Assembly: GCF_006345805.1 (NCBI RefSeq)
Contig: NC_042999.1
Location: forward strand, 168,330,001-168,394,000
From: Octopus sinensis
Taxonomy: Eukaryota
Length of the DNA stretch: 64,000 nt
Direction: 5' to 3'
In this document: one piece after another, positions 36,369 through 51,644 of the stretch
Layout of the letters: every line of letters begins with the position of its first letter
How positions within the stretch are numbered: position 1 is the first letter of the stretch
Position numbers and translations under genes: made by a program
Notes under the pieces: generated by a model
What the model saw: only the letters and a program-made list of their open reading frames with translations
Database searches by the model: none
Told to the model about the DNA's origin: nothing

Positions 36369-37321
36369 ACGAACCTGCCGTCCCTCAACTCGAACTCAGG
36401 ACTCTACTAAGTTGAGCGATGACGACTACACTCAGTGAAATCAGAAATCCACCACAGAAAGCGGTGGGCTTGGCAGCGAATGCAAACCAGTAACCGGAGA
36501 TAACAACAACAACAGGAAGAGAGAGACACAGCAGAAGGCAATTGCTTACATTTAAAAACAGTTTATACAATTTTTACAACATCAAATAAAACGTAATGCA
36601 TATCAGATACATTTAAAGAAAAACATTTAACAAATCGTACAGGATTAAAAGAAAATCAATCAATGCATTTCAACATAACACAACGTCCGAAAACAATCAG
36701 AACAAATGTTCAACACAATAGAGAGTTCAAAAACAATCCAAATTAAAGTCTTTCTCTTTCTTTTTTTTTAACACAATTTTCTTTTCCTTTTTTTGTGACA
36801 CAACTCACAGTTCTTTTTTTCTTTTCTTTCTTTTCCACAGTTCTTTTTACAGGGTCTCTTTTCTTTTAACACACATCAAAATTCAACAACAAAAACATAA
36901 ACAAACATTACCGCACGTTTTCTCGTTACAAGCTCCTACTACAGCAATCTAGCCTTCTCGCCGTCATCTCCCTTACTTTCTCTCGCTTGACAGGTCCTCA
37001 ATTCCCTCCGTCTGTCTTTCTCGCCATCGCAACCGACTCTCATCGACCCTCTCGCCAACTGACCGTCTCTGATCAACTCTCTCTCACCAACTGACTGTCT
37101 TTGATCAACTCTCTCTCGCCAACTGACTAACTAACCCCAGCTGGTAGATTTATTTTTTTCTCAACTTTGCTTGACCGGATAGGGTCAGAGGTACTTTCTA
37201 TCCCCATTAATTTCCCTTACCGGTGACAAGACAAAGCCCCATTATTCCTTTTTCCAGTCTCTCTGACTCCAAATCAACGAAACTGGGTCATAGCACTTCT
37301 TCCATTTCAACCTTAGTATCA
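36365..37321 (-). mobile_element. Solo LTR
   Basis: tgttac...gta(t)ca with ATAT on both flanks; homologous to the other three. Confidence 0.7.
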
Positions 37322-37381
37322 ATATGTATATATATATATATGTATGTATGTATGTGTATATGTATATATATGTGTATATAT

Positions 37382-40300
37382 ATGTATATATATATATATA
37401 GCGAGGAATACTCACTAAGAGAGAGAATTCGCCGGAGAAACCTAATATCCGAACTAAAGATGAGGAAACAAATGGGAGAGAAGGGTTTATGCATCCAAGA
37501 TGGACAGATAATCAAGTCCTACCTCTGGTCCCATGCTGTAGTGCTGACAGGGAAAGTGAAGTGAGGGCAAATCGAAGTGAAGTCGATACCCCCGTCAACG
37601 ATGCTATCTCTGATACCCCTTATTCTGCTTGTTCCCCAACTCCCGCCCCTCAGACTTCACAGCTCAGCATCGTCTATACCAACTCGTGCTCCTTATTCCC
37701 AAAGTTCAGTGAACTATTTACACTGGCCATACGTGACTCCCCTGATGTGATAGCTATCACCGAGACTTGGCTGACTCCAGCAGTAAAGGACTCAGAAATC
37801 CACCTGCAGGGCTACGTCCTTTTCAGATGTGACAGAGGAAAAAGGCGAGGTGGAGGTGTTGCTGTGTATGTTAAGTCTGAGCACAAACCGTCCAGCTCAA
37901 CCTACAACAAAATTCGATGCCGTCTATTGCAAACTGAGCCTATCCGAGTTTTGCCTGCCTGTGTTAGCTGTCTACAGGCCGCCTCTTGCCGACCCCCAGG
38001 ACGATGCTCATTTACTCGAAGCGATAAGATTCGTTTCAGCTTCGCATGACTGTTTGGTACTAGGAGACTTCAACGCTCCCACGATCGATTGGCCCGCATC
38101 AATTTGTACAACATCTTCCCGGTTCGCCCAGGCCCTTCTTGACGTGGCTGAAGATTGTTTTCTATCGCAACATGTTGAATATCCGACAAGGCATCGGTCT
38201 GGGCAGCAGCCATCTATGCTAGATCTGGTATTCTCCCGCTATCCAAGATCAGTGTCAGACGTATCTGTGTGCGCCCCTCTTGCCAAGAGTGATCATGCGG
38301 TCCTGAAGTTCGTCATGCACACAACTTTTTCTATGCCCACGACTACTTCGCTGCCACATAGAGTCTTCTCTGCAATTAATCTTGAAATTCTAACCGAGGC
38401 TTCCGCGCTTCTGGACTGGCGATCCCTGATGACATTGTCCTCAGTTGACGAACTATGGTCATCCCTCAAAGCATATGTAATCTGGTTGACTGACCAGGCA
38501 GTTCCCGTTGGGCTTCCCAAGAAGAATCACACAAGCCCTGGGTGAAGAAGAAGGTTAAACGAGAACGTTGACTCAGAGATATTGCTTGGGCTGAATTCAA
38601 AAATCTGATTCGACTGCAGCTTTTGAGGTGTACAAAACTCAACGAGACCGAGCCGTGAAAATTGAAAAGAAAGAACGCTTCAGTTATGAATACAAAATCG
38701 CGGCAAATGCCAGTAGCAATCCAAAAACCTTCTTTGCCCATGTCCAGAGCGGAATTCCCGCTTGAACAAACAAAGATTTGCAACGTTGGTAGACTCAACA
38801 GGCGTATCGATTGAGGACTCTTATCAACAGAGCCAATTATTTGCCGAGGCTTTTTCAACTATTTTCAAACAGATGATGGTCGTGAACCCCCTCCATTTGA
38901 TAGGTTGGTACCTCCAATGCTTCGATTGGTCATCACGCGGGACGAAGTCAAACGTGTTATTCAAGGCCTCGATGTCAACAGGGGTCACGGCCCTGACGGC
39001 CATACACCCCACGGGTTATCAAAGCGTTGGCTCCGGTCATCTGCGAGCCCTTAACACGTCTATTCAATATGTCATTGGCATGGGTGTTATACCTGCAGAC
39101 TGGAGAACAGCGATAATCTGCCAATTTCAAGAAAGGGAGCCGCGAAGACCCGCTTAACTACCGACCGGTTTCCCTTACATCAATATATCAGCAAGATGTT
39201 CGAAACCATCCTTAAGAAAAGTATGATGCTCCACCTCCTAAACACAGCCTCTATCTCTGATTCCCTGCATGGCTTCGTGCCGAAGAGATCATGCTTGACC
39301 AACTTACTAGTAATGGAAGAGTTGGTGACGTGCATCCTCGATGATAGTGATGCTGTTGACATCGTTTTATTGGACTTTGCCAAAGCTTTTGACTCGGTAA
39401 ACCACCACCTATTACTTGTCAAGCTTCAAGCATATAGTTTCCATCTGGATATTGTACGATGGGTTGGTGCCTTCCTCTCAGATCGCTCCTTCCAAGTCCA
39501 AGTTAATGGTTTGCGGTCCGACGTCTCCAGTGCGAGCAGTGGCGTGCCTCAAGGTTCAGTGCTTGGGCCCTTGTTGTTCTTAGTCTTCGTAAATGACTTG
39601 CCCGACAACCTCACGCAACACACCCTTCTATTTGCCGACGATATCAAACTGGTCGCTCTTCGCGGTGATATAGAGGATCTTCGTCGATGCCTCCACCAAA
39701 TTTGGAAGTGGTCTAACGATTGGGACCTGTGTCTGAACTTGTCAAAGTGCTGTCATCTGCCTGTTGGCTCTCCTCCTACAACTCAACTTGATTTCGAGCC
39801 GGGTCGTCTGCTGCTGGAGAGGACCGATCAGGTAAAGGACCTGGGTATCTTGGTGGATTCCTCCTTTTCGCCTTCGGTCCAGTGTGTCCATGCTGCCAAC
39901 AAAGCACGCGGAATTCTGTTCTTGATTCAACGGTCATTCGGAATGCTCACAGCAGCCATATTCCTACCACTCTATGTCACGCTGGTGAGACCCAATTGGA
40001 GTATGGGATTCAAGCCTCTTCTCCTTATCTCCTCAAAGACTACAGCATCTCGCATCTCGAAAATCCAGAAGCTGCTACCCGCATGGTTCATGGTCTCAAA
40101 ATTTGTCCTACGAAGAAAGGCTGAGGACGCTCGACCTTTATTCTCTTGAAAAACGCCGCCGCCGTGGTGATCTCATTCTCGCCCACAACATCATAAGCGG
40201 AAAGTGTAACCTCTCGAAAGAGCTGTTCTTCACTCCTGCTCCAGAGCGTCGGCTTCGGGGTCATTCCGAAAAGCTCTACCTGTGACAATTTCATCTCAAT

Positions 40301-40513
40301 CGAAGGAGAGGAGCTTTCTCTCCGTCCGGGTTGCGGATCCGTGGAACAAGCTGCCAGACGAGATGGTGAAGATGCCGACGACCGCTTGTTCAAAGCCTCC
40401 CTGGACCTCAAGTGGCCTGAACTCTTTAATGAACACCCCCCTGTACTTAACTCCATGTCCCCCTACATGGCCTTGCTATTTGCTTTTGAGCCAAATTAAC
40501 TAACTAACTAACA
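37382..40513 (+). mobile_element. CR1-group LINE: ORF1 tail, frameshifted ORF2 (APE plus RT), (TAAC)n tail
   Basis: ORF1-like ERIRRRNLISELKMRKQMGEKGL; APE motifs YTNSCSL, AITETWL, RGGGVA, LGDFNAP, SDHA; RT motifs HGFVPKRSCLTNL, LDFAKAFDSV, PQGSVLGP, FADDIK, KDLG; several frameshifts. Confidence 0.93.
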
Positions 40514-40704
40514 TATATATATTTATATATATATATATATATATGTATATATTTATATATATGTATATATATATATGTGTGTATATGTATATATATGTAT
40601 ATATATATATGTGTATATGTATATATATATATATATATATATTATATTCTATATATGTATATATATATGTATATATATATATACATATATATGTATGTAT
40701 ATAT

Positions 40705-42101
40705 TGTTACGAATGCCAAGGAAAACCTTATGTCTTTTGTTCCATTGGTTTGGTTCGGACTGGTGTTCCAGTTGTGATTTCCTTTGTCCTGTCAAGGAGC
40801 ATGGTTGTTAATGGCTGTAGGCATTTCATCTTTGGCCCCCTACGGTCACGGAGAGTTTAAAAAAGTAAAAGTGTTGGGAAAGGGAATTACACACTGTTGA
40901 CTTACGGTATGTCTCTTTTTCTGGCGGGATGGCGTAATATATACGGATGGACTAAACTGCTGGGGACAGTCAGATGACAGGACGAGAGGCAGTCAGGGAG
41001 ATGACAGTCGTAGACCAACAGGGGCAGAGAGAGATACATGAGGAAGCTGGGCAACTGTAGTAGGAGACGTGGGTTGCAGACGCAAAATTAAGAGAATGTG
41101 CCGGTAAATGCTTTTGTTTTTTAAACTCTGATGTTTAAATGAAAACTTTGTCTTGTTAAATGTTTCAAGAAAGAAAAGAACTTTGAGAAATGAATGTTGA
41201 ACAACAAACTCTGAGGTTTACCGTTGAAAAAGAAAAGAGAAAAAAAGAACTTGTAAATGTTTAAAAAAAAGAAAGTGTAGGCGCAGGAGTGGCTGTGTGG
41301 TAAGTAGCTTGCTAACCAACCACATGGCTCCGGGTTCAGTCCCACTGCGTGGATCTTGGGCAAGTGTCTTCTGCTATAGCCCCGGGCCGACCAATGCCTT
41401 GTGAGTGGATTTGGTAGACGGAAACTGAAAGAAGCCTGTCGTATATATGTATATATATATATAAGTGTGTGTGTATATGTTTGTGTGTCTGTGTTTGTCC
41501 CCCTAGCATTGCTTGACAACTGATGCTGGTGTGTTTACGTCCCCGTCACTTAGCGGTTCGGCAAAAGAGACCGATAGAATAAGTACTGGGCTTACAAAGA
41601 ATAAGTCCTGGGGTTGATTTGCTCAACTAAAGGCGGTGCTCCAGCATGGCCGCAGTCAAATGACTGAAACAAGTAAAAGAGTAAGACTGTTTGAAAAGAA
41701 AAGAAGAAAAAAAAGAAATGAGTTGCTGACTGGTTTTAAAAGAAGGGAAGAGAGAAAAGGAAAGAAAGAAAAAAAAGAACTGTTAAATGTGTCAGAAGAA
41801 GAAGAATTGTGTTAAAAAATGGGAAAGAACTCTGTGTTGTATAATGCTAAATTTTTTGAGAATCAAACACTGTTAAATAAAAAAGAATTGTTCAAGCTGT
41901 TAAATGTTTGTTAACCTTTGTTGTTGAATGTTTGTTAAACAAAAAAAAAATTGCTTTGATTACGCAACGCCTGTGTGTGTTATTCTTTTTGTTGTTGTTC
42001 TTGGCTCCTGGCTGAGTTCACTGCTTCCACACCCTTGCCGCAGTGGATTTCTAATTTACTGAGTACACGCATCGCACGTAGGCCTTGTATGCAGTGCAAA
42101 A
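40705..42101 (+). mobile_element. Solo LTR in opposite orientation, with nested SINE A
   Basis: atat|tgttac start, TATA-like gtaatatatacgg followed by cagtcag; degenerate right end. Confidence 0.65.
41280..41684 (+). mobile_element. SINE family A, young subfamily
   Basis: Full head-to-tail copy. Confidence 0.92.
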
Positions 42102-42148
42102 ATATGTATATATATGTGTGTATATATGTATATATATGTACATATATA

Positions 42149-42197
<49 letters not shown>

Positions 42198-42249
42198 ATG
42201 TATATATATGTATATGGATATATATATATATATATGTATATATGGATAA

Positions 42250-42784
42250 CATCCCGCTGTGTTTGAGGAGACCTGTTGAGTCAAGTACATGAACATCGAA
42301 ATAAATATCAATGGAAATAGTAGTTGTGATATCTGTGCCGGTGGCACATAAAAAGCACCATCCGAACATGGCTGATGCCAGCGCCGCCTCAACTGGCTTC
42401 TGTGCTGGTGGAACATAAAAAGCACCATCCGAACGTGGCCGATGCCAGCGCCACCTCGAGTGGCTTCTGTGCCGGTGGCACATAAAAAGCACCATCCGAA
42501 CGTAGCCAATGCCAGTGCCACCTTGACTGGCTTCTGTGTCGGTGACATGTAAAAAGCACCAACCGATTGTGGTTGCTGCCACCCTCCCTGTGCACCTGTG
42601 CTGGTGGCACGTAAAAAGACCCACTACACTCACGGAGTGGTTGGCATTATGAAGGGCATCCAGCTGTAGAAACACTGCCAGATCCGATGGAGCCTGGTGC
42701 AGCCTCCTGGCTCCCCAGACCCCGGTCGAACCGTCCAACCTGTGCTAGCACAGAAAACAGACGTTAAACGATGATGATGATGAT
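42250..42784 (+). mobile_element. RTE 3' UTR fragment
   Basis: Five repeat units, terminus and (GAT)n tail. Confidence 0.85.
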
Positions 42785-42996
42785 ATGTGTATATATATAT
42801 GTATGTATATTACAAATAAGAAAATGGAGAAATACATTAGGTGGTTTATCAGCTTTAGGATATTAGAATTTTGTCTTATTTATTTATCAAAACAACAACC
42901 ATAATAACATACATATATACATTTTAAAATTCAATTAATATAAGATGAGAATACAATTAAAAATAAAACCTTAATATAAATTATTAAATTCAGTAA

Positions 42997-43123
42997 AATC
43001 ACTTACAGCTGTTTCAGCCTTCGGAAAAAGTAATTTGTTGTGCCCATACATGTCAATTTTATTGAGGTTGCAGGCAGTTAAAAATGAGGTACTAATACAT
43101 ATCCATAGGCCTCGTCAGAGATT
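42997..43123 (-). ncRNA. Type I hammerhead ribozyme motif with an 86-nt insert in stem II
   Basis: Minus-strand AAUCU CUGACGA GGCCU [86 nt] AGGCU GAAA CAGCUG UA AGUGAUU: core present, GUA triplet, palindromic stem III. Confidence 0.65.
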
Positions 43124-43304
43124 ATAAAGTACGTTCAAAATATAAATATATACATGAAACAAGATACACGTACAATTCAATATATCTATATATACACACA
43201 TATATATATATGCATAACAAATATATACACCTATACATGTCCATAAACATATAAATAGACACAATTAAACATACGTAGAAGCATATAGACAATTAATTAT
43301 ATAT

Positions 43305-43336
<32 letters not shown>

Positions 43337-44106
43337 ATATATATATATATGTATGTATATACATACTGGAGCGCACATATACATCCATGTCCATGAGTAC
43401 AGATATGATATTTAATTGTTACTAATTTTATTATTATTATTAATAACAATATTAGATTCTGTGTAATCTTCATTTCACAATACATAGAATAGGGGATTCA
43501 AATATATAGTATACTATAATGTAAATAGATATTTATGAAAGATGTAATCTCATTAATTTTAAAATCATAGTCAATATATTCATATATCATAATATCATAA
43601 CAGACTAGTGTTATTACATTATGATTCTTCATATACATAAGTACATGCATGAGTGCAACAAATAGATGTACATGCATATATATCTACGTACAAATATACA
43701 TCAATATCTATATTAGATTTTTTTTTCCCTTACATCTTAACAAAAGTATACATACATGTTACAACACCAGATTTATAATATAATTTCACAGAATATTGTG
43801 TTATAAAAGTTTGTGTATGAAGAGATAAGAGATAAGCTACATTATTCTTGTTATTTGTAATATATTAATATTTTAGTGGTTTAAATATATCAGAGATTGG
43901 GAAGTGATTATTTTTAATCATAAGCTAAATCTAATTGGTTAACGAATTTGAATTTGTCTCAGTTACGGTTGGTTGATTGAAAACCGAATGAATAAAACTA
44001 ATTGTAAATATATCATGAATAATTGAAAATGTTTATAATATTTATGCATACATATCTTAACTTACATATCAATACATGCACACACACACACACACACACA
44101 CACACC

Positions 44107-44142
<36 letters not shown>

Positions 44143-45151
44143 TGTTACGCCGAGCGCTCACTCAGGACCCTAAGACCCTAGGCCTTCCAGGTCGATAACG
44201 GGCCCAAAGTCGCGACGATGATGACGCTCAGTCAAACGGAAGCTCATGCCGGAAATGGGGAAAAAGTGAACGCAAGCCAGAATCTGACACAACAACAACA
44301 AAAGAGAGAGAGAGACACCGGAGGTTGCTTAATTTAACAATTTTTAACTTCACAAAATCAAAACATTTTAAAACAAAAGCATTTAACTACAAAGGTTAAC
44401 AAACATTTGACAGATCATACACAGAGTGTGAATGACAATCAAATTGCATTTAAACGTAGTACAACTGTTCGATTTTTCTAAACAAATCAATTAACATGCA
44501 ACACAATACAGTTCGGAAAACAATCAAAACAAATAGTCTTTCTCTTTCTTTTCTTTTAAAAACACATCTTACAGTTCTTTTTCTCCTTCTTTTCTCTTCC
44601 TTCTAACACAATGTTCTTTTTCTTCTAACACAGAGAGTTTGTTCTCAAAGATTTCTTTTCTCTTTTTTTTTTTACAGTTTATGTCACAGAGTCTTTTTTT
44701 TTTTCATTTAAACATCAGAATTCAAAACACAAATAAAAATATTACCGGCATGTTCCACGTCTGCAACATTTTCTGAACCTCACAACTCCCACTACAACAA
44801 CTTGCCTGGCCGCTCGATTGTCATCTCTCTCACTAACCGTCTCTCGTCCCCGTCATCTCCAACTACACCTGTCTGTCTCTGGTCGTCATCATCTCTCACT
44901 CACTCCAGTCTCTCGCTGACTGACTGCTAACCCCAATGCCAGGTGCATTTATATAGGGTAACATTTTAATTTTTTTCTTAAACTTTCCCTGACCGTGTAG
45001 GGATCAGAGCTCACTCTCTCAGATCATTAGTTACAGTGGTCGTTGACAGGACAAAGTAGATTTTCGTTGTCCTGAACAACTGGAGCGCCGGTTCAACTCC
45101 AACCAACGGAACTAGGGCACAATGTTTTCCTGTTTATTTACCTCCGTAACA
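44143..45151 (-). mobile_element. Solo LTR, best-preserved copy (1009 bp)
   Basis: Perfect tgttac...gtaaca ends, ATAT TSD, minus-strand TATA cctatataaatgc with cagtcagtc about 25 nt downstream. Confidence 0.8.
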
Positions 45152-45862
45152 ATATATATATATATACATAGATATACACACACACACACACACACACACA
45201 TATAATATATATATATATTATATATATATACAAAATTAGAAAATGGAGAAACATACTTAAATCAATCAAACATCAACCATCAGATGATACCCAATCAATA
45301 CTTTGTTACACCATTACATAACAGCAAAGGCATTATATATATATATATATATATATATGCATGCATGTACTAACCTATGCAATAACAACTAGTAAAGTAA
45401 TATAATATTTTATTTCATTCTACTTTATGTAAAAACTATGTAATTTATTTTCTTAGTAACTAAAATATGTAATAAATAGATACACAGTAATTATCTCCCG
45501 ATATTACAATGTAAATCATAAATTTACTCTCAGATTATTAAACGTAAACAATAAATTATTATAATTAGCTATACATGTATAAGTTAAGCAAAAGGCAGTA
45601 ATTCATGATTATTTATCTACAACATTTAATAAAACAAACAAAATCATTATTTATTAGGTAGATTAATTGATTAGTTAACTAAAGAAACAAATATATAATC
45701 CACACTTATGTTATAAGATTTTATATATATACATCACATACCATAAACGTATATATGTTGAAGTATACAGATATATACATACGCACAGATACAAAAATAT
45801 ACACATGCACAGATATACTAATATATTCATCCAGAAAGCCACCTATACATATATAGGTATAC

Positions 45863-45895
<33 letters not shown>

Positions 45896-46014
45896 CACAT
45901 ACATTTATACATCAACATATAAATCAATATATACAAACATAGACATATATATATACCTATATACACTTAGTTAACTCTACAATCGAACAAATAAACTTAT
46001 TATTATATATATAT

Positions 46015-46688
46015 AAACACCATCCGATCGTGGCCGTTCGCCAGCCTCATCTAGCACCTGTCGGTGGCACATAAAAACAACATCCGAAGACCCGGCAAGA
46101 CTAGTCAGGCCATAACCCATGGCCCCTACCTGGGACGTAGTCAGTCCACCTGTGCATACCTTCCTTCTTGTGACACTTGTGAAGACCTGTTGAGGCAAGT
46201 GAAAATCAAAACAAATCAAAATAGATGAACATCAATGGAATTTGTATCTTTGTGGTAACACAAGAAAACCATCCGAACGTGGCCGTAGCCAGTACCGCAT
46301 CGACTGGCCTCCGTGCTGTGGGCACGTAACAAGCACCATCCGATCGTGGCCGTTTGCCAGCCTCATCTGGCACCTGTGTCGGTGGCAATAAAAACACCAT
46401 CCGAGCGTGGCCGTCTGCCAGCCTCGTCTGGCACCTGTGTCGGTGGCACATAATAACACCATCCGAGCGTGGCCGTTTGCCAGCCTCGTCTGCACACTGT
46501 GTCGGTGGCACATAAATCACCCACTACACTCTCGGAGTGGTTGGCGTTAGGAAGGGCATCCAGCTGTAGAAACACTGCCAGATCTGACTGGACTGGTGCA
46601 GCTTTCGGGCTCCCCAGACCCCAGTTGAACCGTCCAACCCATGCTAGCATGGAAAGCGGACGTTAAATGATGATGATGATGATGATGA
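46015..46688 (+). mobile_element. RTE 3' end (last codons KTRQD*, UTR repeats, tail)
   Basis: gaagacccggcaagactag matches the C-terminus KTRQDK of the ORF at 21915. Confidence 0.88.
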
Positions 46689-46840
46689 TATATATATATA
46701 TATAAAGGGAAAGTTTACGAAAATAAACAAAAGGCAGGTGGTGTACAAACAAACAGATGTATTAGTATAGCGCTCAGGAATAGAAAAATTCTTTTATGCT
46801 TCGAGCCTACGCTCTTCTACAGAAAGGTACACAGAAAAAA

Positions 46841-46871
<31 letters not shown>

Positions 46872-46896
46872 TATATATATATATATATACTACTAC

Positions 46897-48090
46897 TACT
46901 ATGGCAATCCCTCAAGGTCGAGGTGGATGTTAAAGAGCTGTGGTCCTCTGAAACCCAAGTTGTTGCAGTATCTGGTCCTGTAATTTGATGGTGATGTTGG
47001 AATCTTTGGCACCATGCAGTGGCGCCCCATTCTGCGGTTGGGGTAACTTTGAATGCCAGAGTTTGGGACAAGACCCTCCAGGATTTTCCATATGTATATC
47101 ACTGCATATCTCTCTCGCCTTCGCTCCAGGGAGAAGAGTTTTAATACTTTCAGTCTTTCCCAGTAGCTGATATTTTGCATTGAGATGATCTTCTTTGTGT
47201 AGCTTCTCTGAATTGCTTCGAGTTCTGCTTTTAGCTTTATATTGTGTGGTGACCATAGTTGGGAGCAGTAGTCCAAGCGGCTGAGGACGAATGTTTTCCA
47301 GAGGACCATCAGTGTCTCCTTCTCTCTTGTTCTGAAAGTTCGGAGAATCCATCCAGCTAGCCGTCTGCATTTTATCACCAGATTAATAATATGCACTTGG
47401 GAAGATGCATCATTGCTCATGTCAATGCCCAGGTCATGCACCGATTTTGACTCAGGGATTGCAATTCTTCCTGGGCCAGTGTATCCAGTCTTCATGTCGT
47501 TTACCTTTGTGTGCCGGTAGCGCAGGGCCTGGAACTTACATGCATTAAACTGCATGTTGTTGTCCTCAGCCCACCTGTATATTGTATCCAACTCCTGTTA
47601 CAGATGCGCAATATTTTCAGGGTTTTGTATTGTGTGGAAGACTTTTGTGTCATCTGCATAGCTAGCAAGGGTGGCCATCATAGCAACTGAAGGCATGTCT
47701 GAAAGGGCCACTATGAACAGCAGTGGCCCCAAGACAGTGCCCTGTGGAACACCGCTTGTTATTTGTGTTTCCTTGGAGGAGGCTCCATTGCTCACAACTG
47801 CCTGTCTTCTGTCTTTTAGGAAGTTGTGCAGCCACTCTCCAAGTTTTCCGTCTATGGTGAGATCACGCAGTTTGTGACAGATCATACCATGCTCGACTTT
47901 ATCAAAGGCTTTTGCAAAGTCGAGATATATCACATCCACACTTGAGCCATTTAATAGCTGTTTTAACACCGTCATAGTGTTGCAGGAGCTGTGTTAGGCA
48001 GCTCTACCTGGTCGAAATCCATGCTGGGTGTTCAGTCAGCAAGTCACTGACTTAAGGAACATGATTAGTTTCTTGTGGACTATTTGTTCC
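46897..48090 (-). mobile_element. Second, older copy of the 33.6-kb LINE family, truncated at both ends
   Basis: ORFs 47598-47975 (YLDFAKAFDKV, PQGTVLGP, YADDTK) and 46899-47591 align to the 847-aa ORF; homology stops soon after GPQLFNI and the 3' tail is missing. Confidence 0.9.
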
Positions 48091-48097
48091 ATGACTT

Positions 48098-48136
<39 letters not shown>

Positions 48137-48204
48137 ATATATATATATATATGTGTGGTGTGTGTGTGTGTGTGTATATATATATATGTATACATATATA
48201 TATA

Positions 48205-48235
<31 letters not shown>

Positions 48236-48242
<7 letters not shown>

Positions 48243-48549
48243 CTTACGATCGTGAGGTTGTGAGCTCGAATCCGGACCGGGCTGGCGTGTGTGTTCTCGA
48301 GCAAGGCACTTTATTTTACGTTGCTCCAGTTCACTCAGCTGTAGAAATGAGTTGCGACGTCACTGGTGCCAAGCTGTATCGACCTTTGTTTTTCCCTTGG
48401 ATAACACTGGTGGCGTGGAGAGGGGAGGCTGGTATGCATGGGCGACTGCTGGCCTTCCATAAACAACCTTGCCCGGACTTGTGTCTAGGAGGGTAACTTT
48501 CTAGGTGCAATCCCATGGTCATTCATGACCGAAGGGGGTCTCTACCCTT
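48236..48549 (+). mobile_element. SINE family D (tRNA head, CORE-like segment, distinct tail)
   Basis: B-box-like gagctcgaatcc, ctcgagcaaggcacttta (CORE-like), tail catgaccgaagggggtctctacccttat; single copy here. Confidence 0.65.
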
Positions 48550-48581
48550 ATATGTATATATGTGTATATATATATATGTGT

Positions 48582-48875
48582 GAAGGCGCAATGGTCAAGT
48601 GGTTAGGGCAGCGGAGGATCGTGGTTTCGATTCCCAGACCGGGCGTTGTGAGTGTTTATTGAACGAAAACACCTAAAAGCTGCACGAGGCTCCGGCAGTG
48701 GGTGGCGATCCCTGCTGTACTCTTTTGCCACAACTTTCTCTCACTCTTTCCTCTGTTGGCCTGCTCGCTTAGCCAGCGGAGTGGCGTCATTTGAAGGCTA
48801 AAACAGTGCGAAGCGCATTGTGACCAGCGATGTGTAACAACATCTGATAGCCTGGTCGGTCACGTGATCACGTGA
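48582..48875 (+). mobile_element. SINE family C2
   Basis: Reverse-complement match to 23955-24255. Confidence 0.85.
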
Positions 48876-49081
48876 TATATATATGTATATATATGTATAT
48901 ATATATATATATGTATTTATATATATGTATATGTATATATATATGTATATATATGTATATGTATATATGTATGTGTATATATATATGTATATATATATAT
49001 ATGTATGTGTATATATATATATGTATATATATATATATGTATGTATATATATGTGTATATATATATGTATATATACATATG

Positions 49082-49389
49082 TCATCATTATCATCATCGT
49101 TTAACGTCCACTTTCCAAGCTAGCATGGGTTGGACGGTTCAACTGGGGTCTGGGAAGCCCGAAGGCTGCACCAGGCCAGTCAGATCTGGCAGAGTTTCTA
49201 CAGCTGGATGCCCTTCCTAACGCCAACCACTTCGTGAGTGTAGTGGGTGCTTTTTATGTGCCACCGACACAGGTGCCAGATGAGGCTAGCGAACGGCCAC
49301 GCTCAGATGGTGTTTTTTTGTGCCACCGACACAGGTGCCAGACAAGGCTGGCCAACGGCCACACTCGGATGGTGTTTTTTACGTGCCAC

Positions 49390-49390
<1 letters not shown>
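49082..49390 (-). mobile_element. RTE 3' UTR fragment
   Basis: (cat)n tail, terminus, three repeat units. Confidence 0.85.
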
Positions 49391-50722
<1,332 letters not shown>

Positions 50723-50724
50723 AT

Positions 50725-51103
<379 letters not shown>

Positions 51104-51644
51104 ATATAACGGGAAGCTTTATGACATAAGACGAAGGCAGGTGGAATAAAACAAACAAACAATCGTATTAGTATGGCGCTCAGGAAATATAAATAAAACA
51201 AATGTGTATATATATATGTATATATATATATGTATACATATGTATATATACATATGTGTATATATATTTATATATATGTATATATAGATATGTGTGGGTA
51301 TATATATATGTGTGTGGATATATATACATATATATGCGTGTGTGTGTCTGAACCGTTTCTCCATTTTTTTTGTCTTTTCTTTCGTATACATTCACTTGCT
51401 CACTACCAAAGAATCCAGTGCTCTCAGCATAGATTTTCTTGGGGTTGGGCAGATTGGAGCAGGTTTAAGTGTAACCAGCTGAACTCAACTGACGATAGAA
51501 AGCTCCCAATGACCTGTCTTTGTTTTTTCCTCTTCTTTTTTCTAATGCCTAACTCTCCAGATGTTTTGTTGTCGACTGTTTTGTTCCTGTTCCATTTTTT
51601 TTTGTTATATATATGTGTATGTATATATGTATTTGTGTATCTGT

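Noticed and set aside
30349-37321. Two same-orientation LTRs that might bracket a full retrotransposon
   Set aside because: The LTRs are too diverged, each has its own ATAT flanks, and the interval holds LINE and RTE pieces with no gag or integrase.
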